This document shows, piece after piece, positions 50,511 through 60,400 of a stretch of DNA of 64,000 bases. Under the pieces are notes generated by a model, which ran no database searches, had not been told where the DNA came from, and saw only the letters and a list, made by a program, of their open reading frames with translations. The stretch is from Prorocentrum cordatum (lineage: Eukaryota). The position numbers and the translations under genes were made by a program. The stretch's first letter is position 1. Each line of letters starts with the position of its first letter. Location of the stretch: the NCBI GenBank assembly GCA_963575745.1, contig CAUYUJ010000048.1:1-64000 (forward strand), in the 5' to 3' direction.

Positions 50511-53500
50511 CCGCTCCAAGGTCAAGGACCGCAAGGACAAGACTTGGAGATTCTGGTCTGCGAACGCCAACTCCTGGAGCTCGCTCCAGACGGCCATCGA
50601 CTGGCAGAGGGGTTGGGGTGACGCCACCAGGCCACACGTTCTTTTGTGTCAAGAACATCGGCTCAAAGATGCATCACGTATTCGTTCGGCTGCAGGGTGG
50701 CTTCGGTCTCGGGGCTACCATGGTGCCTTCGGCGCGGCTCGCGCCACAGGGTCTCAGGCCTCTGAGAGCTCGGCGGGAGTCCTCACCGCGGTGTCATCCT
50801 ACGTGGAGTTCGCGGGGCTCGGCCTCCAGAGGTTCGGGGTGGACGCCGCTTTCGGCCCGCGCCTCAAGATAGTCAGGGCTAACATGATTTTCCCTCACGG
50901 TATGTACCTCATGTCGGTCTACGGCCACGTTGAGAAGGTGGCCTACTCTGCGTTCTGGGACATGATGTCGCAGCTTGGCGGCAAGTTGCGCAGGTCCAGA
51001 ATCCCTTGGGTCATCGGTGGTGATTTCAATCAGGACCCGTTCGACGAGAGGATCCTGAAGTGGGCCGACATGCTCCAGGCCACAGTCATCGCCACGCCTG
51101 GGCCGACGTGCTTCTCAGCCCCGGAGGGCTCGAAGATAGATTTCTTTATTGTCAGCCAGGGGCTCGCCTCGTGCGTTTCGGATGTCAGGGCCCTCTACGG
51201 CGCTCCAATGTCGCCGCACGTAGCCATCAGCATGCAGCTCACGGGACCCTCACTGGACATTCCTGTGCACGTTCGTCAGACGTGGAAGGTCTTCCCCACT
51301 GAGCGTCCCATAGGCTGCCTCAACCACCCCATCGAGCTCACCTGGTCTTGGGAGCCAGGAGCAGTACCGTCGATGGGGCTGGAGGACGCTTGGAAGGAGT
51401 GGATCGCGAACTTGGAGGAGGAGCTATGCTGGCAGTTCGACCTTGTGGGCAGGGCTGCACAACCCTACAAGGGCAGGTCTGGCGGCTTCGTGAGGAAGGC
51501 CGTTCCACTGGCAGAGGTCATGAGGAAGGCCCCTGTGTCAGGCAGCGGGGAGGTCATGCGGACATGGAGGTCCCTCGCCTCGATCATCCGACGTGCACAA
51601 GGGCTCCGATGTGGCTTGTTGGAGGCAGGCAAGGAGATGGTGGCCAGGGCGGCAGCGCCGCCAGACGACACGCTGAGCGTCAGGCTGCCCGACTACGCCC
51701 AGGGCCACACGTTCGGGCAGATGGCGAATTGGGCGACGAGCTCGGTGGGTTCGGCTACCGCGCCTCAGGCTACGACGGCCTCCCTCGCCTGGGCCCACTC
51801 GCTCCGACCTGCGAAGGCCGAGACGGCGCCTGCCCCCGCGGGCCCTCTCGGAGTGGAAGGGCCCCGCCCAGCGGGCGAGGCGCCGCATCGGCTGGAGGAG
51901 GAGCTGGTGGGTTGCACGGCGCCTACCACGCAGATCGGTTCGTGTACTTCGATTGCGCCCTCGTCGGGGACCTCGGCTTCCCTCGCCTGGGCCCACTTGC
52001 TCCGACCTGAGAAGGCTGAGACTCCGAACGCCTCCGCACGGCCCCCCCTCTTCGAGGGCGCGCCCTGCCCAGCAGGCAGTCTCGGAGTTTCGCTGGAGGA
52101 GGAGAAGCGGGGTGCCAGGGCGGCAACTTCGCGAATGCCAATGACTTCGTGTTCTTTGGATGGACAGCAGGTGCTGCTCGGGTTGCTTGAAGAACTTGAT
52201 GCCATCGACGGGGCGTCCTTGCACGGCTTTGACACCATCGGGCTAGGCTACCACCAGATTCGGCACACGATTGAGCTAGGTGGGGAGGACCTGGACACGC
52301 TCTGCGTCAAAGTCAGCGACGCGGCCCAGGAGGCCTCGGCAGCGGCTGCCAAAGCGGAACTCCACGAATGGCGTGAGTGGGCCCAGGCCTCAGTCAAGGC
52401 TGGGGGGCGCAAGGCGCACAGGTTCATCAAGCAGTCGCCCCAGGCCTCTGGGCCCAAGGCCCCCGAGGGTTGGGCTTTGCAGGGAGATGGTGCAGTCGAT
52501 GCCATGGTGGAGGAGTGGTCGCAGTACTGGGATGACGCCAAGCAGGACATCTCGGACCAGCAGCACACGATGGCGAACAACTCCGACCTTCCCCGCCCCA
52601 CACTTGATAGAGTTCGACAGGCCTGCCGTTCGTTCGGTCACAACGTTGGGCTTGGTGTGGATTGCGTCAACCCACGTTCGTTTTTGTTGTTAGATGACCA
52701 GTTCATCCTCAGGCTGATCGACGTCATGGTGATGTGGGAGGCGGACCCACGCTTGCCTGAGCGATGGCCGACAATCATGGTCTTCCTCTCCAAGCCAGAC
52801 GGATCTGGGGTCAGGCCCATCGCCCTCATATGCTCCATCCTCAGGGTCTGGGGCAAGGTCAGGCGCGACATGGCCAAGGAGTGGGAAGAGCAGCACGCCT
52901 CCCCTGTGTTTTGGGGGGCCAAGGATCGTGAGTGTGATCGGGCAGGTTGGATCCATCAGATGCTCGCTCACTACGCAGCAGTTCGAGGACTGGACACGGC
53001 CACATTGGCCACGGACCTGGACAAGTTCTACGAGAGGGTTTGCCATTTCGTGCTGTTCAATGAGGGGGAGGGATGTGGGTTCCCAGTCGAGCTCCTCAGG
53101 GCAGCCTGCGGCCTCTATGCTGGCCCCAGGGCAATCAGCTTTCGCGGATGTGTCTCAGGCGTTATCAGGGCGGTGGGCACGGTGCTGGCTGGTTGTTCAC
53201 TAGCCACATCGCTGGCGAGAGTCTTGGTCTACAGGCTACTCACGACGTTGGCGGCAGCTCACCCATCAGTACACATTCGGAACGTAATCGACGACATCAG
53301 CGCGCAGTCCCTGGGCACGGGCTTCCACGTCGTCTCCCAGCTGGGCGAGGTCGGGAGCAAGCTCATTGGGGGCCTGCGCGATCTGCGCCTCGTGCTGTCC
53401 GAGAAAAAATGCAAGTTCCTGGCGTCGTCCAAAAAAGTTGCACATGGATTGCTGAGTAGGTGGAACATGTCCTTCGAACGCCGAGGAGTCATCAGGAGCC

Positions 53501-55788
53501 TCGGCACGGATTGGCAAGTGAGTTCGGCTAGGTTGGCCCCCATAGCCTCCAAGAGGGTTGGGCTCTGCATCAAGCGCTCTGCGAGGCTCCGTAGTCTTAG
53601 GAGGGCGGGCGCCCCTGTTGGCCACATTCAGCGTGCGGGCCCCCAAGCCTCCGCTCTCTGGGGCTGTGCTGTTAGGGGGCTCCCGTGGTCTTCCCTCAAC
53701 AGAGTCCGTCAGCAGGCCCTTTTGGCCCTGGCTCCCATGAAGCGGGGCGCCTCGGTGGGTCTCAAGCTGCACTCCTTTAGGCTCGGTAGGAAGGTCGACC
53801 CTGTGCTTTTGTATTTCCGCCAGGTCGTCTTTGAATGGGCCAGGGCCCTCTGGGAGGCCACCCCCAAGCTAGAGATCCTGCAGGCCACCTTTGAAGATGC
53901 CGTCCGTGTGCTGGCCAACACAAGCAGACCCTGGTCTCGGGCGACTTCGCCCGCTCACGTGTACGTTCTGGCGTGTGGTGACTTGGGCTGGACAGCACAC
54001 TCGGCACGTTCTGTCACTCTTCAGACAGGAGAGCAGATTGATCTGCTCCGCCTGGCGCCGCGCGTGGTGGCCGACCTGGCAGGAAAGGCTGCCAGGGAGA
54101 TGTCGGATTACCGCGCCCTCAGCTCTCGTGCTGGATCCAGCTCCTGGTGCCGTCCGATTTTCTGGCAGCCAGTCGAGGGTCTCCTAAGCAGGACGACCGC
54201 CACCTGGACCCGAGCTCATCAGAACTCGTTTAGGGCGGTTGTCTCGGGCACCCATTGGCCTCAGGAGAGGCTGCATCGGCACGGCCTCGCCGCGTCGCCG
54301 TTGTGTTTGCTGTGTAAAGGGGAGCCTGGGACCGTGTTTCACCGTCGGTTCGTCTGTGAAGCTTGGGAAGAGGACCGCAGGCAATTTCTGTCGGACGAAT
54401 GCCGACAGGCTGCACGCCTCGTTCGCTCCTTGGGCGGAGATGCGGAGCTCTTTGCTAATGGCCTCTTCCCTTCTCCTCGTGAGCTCGTCCCTCCTCCGCT
54501 CCGCTCGAGTGAGTGTCCGATTATGTGGATTCGCAAGCCTGAAGACGGGATGCTCAGAGGCCGCCTCTTTACAGACGGGTCGGCCCTGCACCCGTCCGAC
54601 GAGTCCCTCCGACGGGCTGGATGGAGTGTGGTGCAGGTCGACTCGGAGGGTTCTCTAGTCGCTGCTGCCTTCGGCCCTGTCCCCTGGGATCTCTCGCCCT
54701 TCCAGAGGGCGCGAGACGGGGAGGACTACGCTTTTTATATGTTGCCGCAGCTCGCGATCCCGCATGAGGTCGAAGGCATTTGGTCGGACTGCGAGGGCTC
54801 GGTGACAGCTGCTCGCGCTCGGGTGGCGTCTGTCTCCGCACAGAGCCCGCAGGCCCATATGTGGTCTCGGATCCATGCGGCGTTTGAGGAAGGGCTCCCT
54901 GTCTTCAAAACGAAAGCCCACCTCTCGGAGACTGACCTGGCCATGGGCACGTCCACGCCGTGGGAGCGGAAAGCGAATGCTATCGCCGATGTCCTGGCCA
55001 AGCGGGGAGCGACCCAGCACCCGTCGGTCCAGCAGGCCGCCAGTCAGGTCCGTGGTCTCAGCTTGTTGGGTCGGGAGGTGGGCCAGTGGGCTGGGCGGCA
55101 AGAGGTGCTTATGTCTCAAAGGGGCTGGGTGGACTCCCAGGGGCTCCCTGAGGTCTCCGCGGCGCCTAGGGGCAGTAGTAGGCCTGCTCGGCAGCCCGCC
55201 TGTCCCCGCGCTTGGGTGCACTTTAGAGCGGTCCTCTCGGATGTCTCCCAGGGCCCCCAGGACCCCGAGTTAGGAGTGTTGGTGCAGCTTACAGGGCACT
55301 GCCTTCGAGCCACCAGTGTGTTCAACGAGGCTGGAGCCAGCGTGATCGCTGGCCACAGGCTCATCTGTTGTGTGGCGTGCGGGGCCTTCGCTTGGGGCAA
55401 TGTGCGGGCCCTCTCCCAGGCTTGCCATCCCGCCCAAGCGGGCAAGGGACTGAGGCAGCAGAAGGCACGCCTGCTGGCACGCAAGTTCCCCAGGTGGCTT
55501 TCAAAGTATTCGGGCTGGTCGCTGGGCGAGTTGGAGATCCCGACCCCGTCTGATCTCCTGTCTCTCGCCTCCACTATCCTAGCTGCGCGCCCGAGGCCCG
55601 CAGCGCCGTCTGCCCATCCCGTTTTCCGTGCAGGACCGCCGTGGCGCCCCAGCTGGACACCTGGTGTCCTGCTCTCGCGCTTCGGCGTCTCTCTCGTGAC
55701 CCTCCCGTTCTGGGAGGCCCAGGCGCGCGCCGCCCTCGGCGAGGGGCAGGAGGCGGGCGGGGCCCCCGAGGATTGCGAGGAGGTGTAA
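50506..55788 (+). CDS. LINE ORF2 polyprotein: APE endonuclease, reverse transcriptase, zinc finger, RNase H, C-terminal Cys motif
   Basis: APE motifs WSANANS, LCQEH, SAGV, SVYG, IGGDFN, KIDFF, SPH (about 50545-51240). RT motifs RPIAL, DLDKFYE, LAGCSLA, VIDD (53284-53295). Zinc finger CLLC..HRRFVC. RNase H motifs TDGS, GED, SDC, KAH, NAIAD (about 54565-55010). C-terminal CVACG..C. The start is placed at the putative frameshift site; the track lists this frame from 49345. Confidence 0.93.
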   Translation, partial: FDRSKVKDRKDKTWRFWSANANSWSSLQTAIDWQRGWGDATRPHVLLCQEHRLKDASRIRSAAGWLRSRGYHGAFGAARATGSQASESSAGVLTAVSSYVEFAGLGLQRFGVDAAFGPRLKIVRANMIFPHGMYLMSVYGHVEKVAYSAFWDMMSQLGGKLRRSRIPWVIGGDFNQDPFDERILKWADMLQATVIATPGPTCFSAPEGSKIDFFIVSQGLASCVSDVRALYGAPMSPHVAISMQLTGPSLDIPVHVRQTWKVFPTERPIGCLNHPIELTWSWEPGAVPSMGLEDAWKEWIANLEEELCWQFDLVGRAAQPYKGRSGGFVRKAVPLAEVMRKAPVSGSGEVMRTWRSLASIIRRAQGLRCGLLEAGKEMVARAAAPPDDTLSVRLPDYAQGHTFGQMANWATSSVGSATAPQATTASLAWAHSLRPAKAETAPAPAGPLGVEGPRPAGEAPHRLEEELVGCTAPTTQIGSCTSIAPSSGTSASLAWAHLLRPEKAETPNASARPPLFEGAPCPAGSLGVSLEEEKRGARAATSRMPMTSCSLDGQQVLLGLLEELDAIDGASLHGFDTIGLGYHQIRHTIELGGEDLDTLCVKVSDAAQEASAAAAKAELHEWREWAQASVKAGGRKAHRFIKQSPQASGPKAPEGWALQGDGAVDAMVEEWSQYWDDAKQDISDQQHTMANNSDLPRPTLDRVRQACRSFGHNVGLGVDCVNPRSFLLLDDQFILRLIDVMVMWEADPRLPERWPTIMVFLSKPDGSGVRPIALICSILRVWGKVRRDMAKEWEEQHASPVFWGAKDRECDRAGWIHQMLAHYAAVRGLDTATLATDLDKFYERVCHFVLFNEGEGCGFPVELLRAACGLYAGPRAISFRGCVSGVIRAVGTVLAGCSLATSLARVLVYRLLTTLAAAHPSVHIRNVIDDISAQSLGTGFHVVSQLGEVGSKLIGGLRDLRLVLSEKKCKFLASSKKVAHGLLSRWNMSFERRGVIRSLGTDWQVSSARLAPIASKRVGLCIKRSARLRSLRRAGAPVGHIQRAGPQASALWGCAVRGLPWSSLNRVRQQALLALAPMKRGASVGLKLHSFRLGRKVDPVLLYFRQVVFEWARALWEATPKLEILQATFEDAVRVLANTSRPWSRATSPAHVYVLACGDLGWTAHSARSVTLQTGEQIDLLRLAPRVVADLAGKAAREMSDYRALSSRAGSSSWCRPIFWQPVEGLLSRTTATWTRAHQNSFRAVVSGTHWPQERLHRHGLAASPLCLLCKGEPGTVFHRRFVCEAWEEDRRQFLSDECRQAARLVRSLGGDAELFANGLFPSPRELVPPPLRSSECPIMWIRKPEDGMLRGRLFTDGSALHPSDESLRRAGWSVVQVDSEGSLVAAAFGPVPWDLSPFQRARDGEDYAFYMLPQLAIPHEVEGIWSDCEGSVTAARARVASVSAQSPQAHMWSRIHAAFEEGLPVFKTKAHLSETDLAMGTSTPWERKANAIADVLAKRGATQHPSVQQAASQVRGLSLLGREVGQWAGRQEVLMSQRGWVDSQGLPEVSAAPRGSSRPARQPACPRAWVHFRAVLSDVSQGPQDPELGVLVQLTGHCLRATSVFNEAGASVIAGHRLICCVACGAFAWGNVRALSQACHPAQAGKGLRQQKARLLARKFPRWLSKYSGWSLGELEIPTPSDLLSLASTILAARPRPAAPSAHPVFRAGPPWRPSWTPGVLLSRFGVSLVTLPFWEAQARAALGEGQEAGGAPEDCEEV

Positions 55789-56634
55789 CTCGTTTTCGGT
55801 TTCATTTCGGCGGTCGGCGGCTTGGACGTCTTCCGCTCTCGTCTCATCTCACCTCTCCTCTCCTCCTCCTCCTCCTCCTCCTCCTCCTCCTCCTCCTCCT
55901 TCCTCCTCCTCCCCCTCCTTCTCCTCCCCTCCCCCCTTCCTCCTCCTCCTCCTCCTCCTCGACCTCCTCGACCTCCTCGACCTCCTTCTCTCCTCCTCCT
56001 CCTCCTCCTCCTCCTCCTCCTCCTCCTCCTCCTCCTCCTCCTCCTCCTCTTTTCTTTCCCACAATCTCAGAGGAGGCAAAGCTACCCTCCCCCCATGCCT
56101 TTCCGTCGTTTTCCCCTCTTGGGCCTCTTGGGATGCCCTCGTCACTACTGCTGGATTCGCCTCGAAATCCTGGTCAGAACGCACCCGAGGAGAGGTCCAG
56201 GGAGAAGCGGTATCGGTACCTTTTGGTCTCTCCAGATTATGTTGATTTGTCTTGGCTGTGACGGCAGGTGATCCTGCCATCGCCGTGCGCAGAGTTGGGC
56301 ATTCCGAGGCCCTTCAGAGCCTCGTCGTCGCCAGGAGCTGAGTTTTTTACTCGAGCACATCACGCGCGTTATGTGGCGTCCAACCCACCCACCCACCCAG
56401 TAGATAGCACAGCGTTCGCCGCTGCACCCATCCCCGTTGCAGCAGCGCCTGCTGCTCAGCGCACAGGTTTGCTGCTCGCAGTGCGCGCGCAGTGTGCCTG
56501 CCGTGAGCGCGGGCACGTGCTTGTGTGGTAAGTTAGAGGTACGTGGGGCGCGCAGGCTGCTGTGGCACCCACACGTGCGCGGTGGCGCACTCACGTTGGA
56601 AGGGACGAGCAGTTCGGCGTGCCTCCTCCCCGTA

Positions 56635-56860
56635 GGAGGAGGAGGAGGAGGAGGAGGAGGAGGAGGAGGAGGAGGAGGAGGAGGAGGAGGAGGAGGGGGA
56701 GGAGGAGGAGAGGAGGGTAGGAGGAGGAGGAGGAGGAGGAGGAGGAGGAGGAGGAGGAGGAGGAGGAGGAGGAGGAGGAGGAGGAGGAGGAGGAGGAGGA
56801 GGAGGAGGAGGAGGAGGAGGAGGAGGGGGAGGAGGAGGAGGAATTGGAGGAGGAGGAGGA
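56635..56860. repeat. (GGA)n microsatellite
   Basis: Seen directly. Other GGA/CCT tracts lie at about 45660-45790, 55850-56050, 60800-60940, 61830-62060 and 62770-63310. Confidence 0.95.
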
Positions 56861-58639
56861 GAATCTGTCGATCTTTCTTGGCTGTGGTGGCGGGTGACGG
56901 CGCCGCCGCCTTTGCGCAGAGCTCGGTACTCCGAGGTCCTTTCCGCGCCCCTGCCCCGTCGGGGCCGTGGGCGCCTCCTCCTCGTCGTCATGAGCGTTTT
57001 TTGTCCCTGCTCGAGCACGTGGCGCGCGTTCTGTGGCGTCCAACCCACCCACCAGTGTGCGTCGCCTGATCTCTGGAGCCCAGCCCGCGCGCAAACAGAA
57101 GGAAGCCTCTCTCCCCCGAGGTCCTGGCCACTCCATGGTTTCTCGAGCCGGGCGCTTTTCGCTCGGCTTCGTGCCGCGGGCGACCGACAGATCGATCCGG
57201 CTCGAAGAGTGATGCAGAAAGAGGGGGTCCAGGGGTCAGGCTGTGATTGTTTGCGATGCTGCAGTGTTTTCGCAGCGTCAGATCTCCGGGTCCGACCTCG
57301 CTCGGCCCGTGCGGTTCGAGCTCCCTCGGGGGCGCGCCGCGGGGTCGCGCCCGCCCTCGACTTCCGCGCCTCCCTCCCCCCCCTCTCCTCTCCGCTCCTT
57401 CGGTCGCCTCCGCCCCGTGGCCCCGCTCGGTCAGTGAGCCTCTTCGTGGTCGTCGTCGGCGCCTTCGGCTTCGCCGTCGTCGCCCTCGCAGCATTCGGGT
57501 GCACTTTTTTTAGTTTTTGGTGGGGTGCGGGATCCCCCTGTTTTTTAGTGGTTCGGAGTTGTGTGTTTCGGATGCTATCCGTTACCCGAGTTCTCCAGAG
57601 ATCTGCATCGTTGTGTTCTTCTCTCTCTCTCTCTCTCATTCGGATGCAACTCATGGGAGGTCAGATTCAGCATCGGTGCTGGTATATCGGTGATCGGAAA
57701 CCAGCCTAAGCCGGAGTCGTCTGGTTTCGAAGGAACCCTCTCAGAGTACAGTCAAGTTTTTTCGAGCTTCGAGGTCGTGATCTTGACAGGGACTCCATGA
57801 GGATCTGCTCTGCTCTGCTCCTCCTCCTCCTCCTCCTCCTCCTCCTGCACCCTTCTTCTTCGCCCCCGTCTCCTACTTTCGGGCTCCTTCTCTTGGGCTT
57901 CTTGTGATTCCTGATGCCTGATGGCTGGAAAGAGCGTCGTTCGTAGGCCCCCCCCTGGGGCCCGTCGGCCCTGTGGGCTTGAGCAAACCAGGGTCAGGCG
58001 ACCCCTGGAGCACACCCCCAGGAGCCACCGGCAGTCTGGTGGGTGCAAAGGCAGGACCGACAGGCAGGGGGGAAGGGGGACGAAGACCAAGGGGACGCAT
58101 CTCAAGGGGGAGAAGGGCGGTGGCAGTGGCGGCAGTCTGTGAAGGTGGAGGAGTGAGTTTTGGCGACAGAGGTAGCTTCGTCTGTGCGCTGCGGTCGGGA
58201 GGCAGAGGAGCAGAACACCAAGGTCAGAAATCTCCAGGGGGAGAACGAGTGGTGGCAGTGGCGGCAGTGCGCGTGAAGGTGGAGCAACGACGTTTGGCAA
58301 CAGCGGTGCAGCGGAAACCCATGCCACGAAGCACCGCGCTTGCCCCCAGGGTGCCCTGGGTTTCTTGGGCCTCGATGGCTCTGCGATGGAAGGCGTGACG
58401 TTCCCCCACCAACAAAGTCGATGGACGTCCTGGGGCCTCAGGGTTGGACTGTTCTCGTGGCAGGTTTCGTGTGGGCTGGCCTCCACTGCAGCTCTGCCTG
58501 TGCGCTGCGGCCTCCCTGCTCCCAGCCAGGTTTAAGTCGGGCCTGTCCCTCTACAGGAGGAAACTTCCAAAGTGGTAAAACATTATCCTGGCGAAGGACC
58601 CAACCATAAGCAATTGTTCGTAACGCGTTGTGGGTGCCG

Positions 58640-60400
58640 CTTTCGGTGGGGCTCCCTATGGGGCCACGAAACGCTGCCTTGGGTGGGGGGGACCGCATGC
58701 GAGCTGCGCCACTGGGGCGGGCCTTCGGTGGAGCTCCCTATGGGGCCACGAAACGCTGCCTTGGGTGGGGGGGACCGCATGCGAGAGCAGCCACTGGGGC
58801 CTTCGGTGGAGCTCCCTATGAGGCCACGAAGCGCTGCCCTGGGTGAGGCCACGCAACGCTGCCCTGGGTGGGGGGGACCGCATGCGAGAGCAGCCACTGG
58901 GGCCTTCGGTGGAGCTCCCTAAGGGGTCACGAAGCATTGTTTTGGGTGGGGGAACCGCATGCAAGGTACTTACTGGGGTTTTCGGTGGAGCTTTTTATGG
59001 GGTTACGAAACGCTGCCCTGGGTGGGGGAACCGCATGCGAACTGCGCCACGGGGGCCTTCTGTGGAACTCCCTATGGGGCCACGAAGCGCTGCCCTGGGT
59101 GGGGGGACCGCATGCGAGAGCAGCCACTGGGGCCTTCGGTGGAGCTCCCCATGGGGCAACGAAACGCTGCCCTGGGCGAGGGAACCGCATGCGAACTGCG
59201 CCACTGGGGCCTTCGGTGGAGCCTCCATATAGGGCCACGAAACGCTGCCCTGGGTGGGGGAACCGCATGCGAGAGCAGCCACTGAGGCCTTCGGTGGAGC
59301 TCCCTATGTGGCCACGAAGCGCTGCCCTGGGCAGGGGGAGCCGCATGCGAACTGCGCCACTGGGGCCTTCGGTGGAGCTCCCTATGGGGCCACGAAGCGC
59401 TGCCCTGGGTGGGAGGACCGCATGCGAGAGCAGCCACTGGGGCCTTCGGTGGAGATCCCTATGGGGCCACGAAACGCTGCCCTGGGTGGGGAACCGCATG
59501 CGAACTGCGCCACTGGGGCCTTCGGTGGAGCTCCCCATAGGGCCACGAAACGCTGCCCTGGGCGAGGGAACCGCATGCGAACTGCGCCACTGGGGCCTTC
59601 GGTGGAGATCCCTATGGGGCCACGAAACGCTGCCCTGGGTGGGGGAACCGCATGCGAACTGCGCCACTGGGGCCTTCTGTGGAGCTCCGCATGGGGCCAC
59701 GAAACGCTGCCCTGGGTGGGAGGACCGCATGCGAGAGCAGCCACTTGGGCCTTCGGTGGAGCTCCCTAAGGGGTCACGAAGCGCTGCCCTGGGTGGGGGA
59801 ACCGCATGCGAGAGAAGCCATTGGGGCCGTCGGTGGAGCTCCCTATGGGGCCACGGAGCGCTGCCTTGGGTGGGGGAGCCGCATGCGAGAGCAGCCACTG
59901 GGGCCTTCGGCGGATCTCCCTATGGGGCCACGAAACGCTGCCCTGGGTGGGGAATCGCATGCGAGAACAGCCACTGGGGCCTTCGGTGGAGCTCCATATG
60001 GGGCCACGAAGCGCTGCCCTGGGTGGGGGAACAGCATGCGAGAGCAGTCGCTTGGGCATTCGGTGGAGCTCCCTAAGGGGCCACGAAACGCCGCCATGGG
60101 TGGGGGAACCGCATGCGAGCGCAACCACTGGGGCCTTCGGTGGAGCTCCCTATGGGGCCACGAAGCGCTGCCCTGGGTGGGGGAACCGCATGCGAGAGCA
60201 GCCACTCGGGCCTTCGGTGGAGCTCCCTATGGGGCCACGAAACGCTGCCCTGGGTGGGGGAACCGCATGCGAGAGCAGCCGCTGGGGCCTTCGGTGGAGC
60301 TCCCGATGGGGCCACGAAGCGCTGCCCTGGGTGGGGAAACCGCATGCGAGAGCAACCACTGGGGCCTTCGGTGGAGCTCTCTATGGGGCTACGAAACGTG
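58640..60400. repeat. 77-78-bp tandem repeat, roughly 22 copies
   Basis: Unit ggggccttcggtggagctccctatggggccacgaaacgctgccctgggtgggggaaccgcatgcga(gagcag/actgcg)ccact. Confidence 0.95.

Larger units (their letters stand above)
49184..55850 (+). mobile_element. Apparently intact full-length non-LTR retrotransposon (LINE) with RNase H
   Basis: SL, 144-nt 5' UTR, ORF1, uninterrupted ORF2, then a short 3' UTR running into (CCT)n. No poly(A) tail or clear target-site duplication was seen. Confidence 0.93.

Noticed and set aside
58640..60400. CRISPR-like appearance of regular repeats
   Set aside because: There are no unique spacers, the whole unit repeats, no cas genes are present and the context is eukaryotic.
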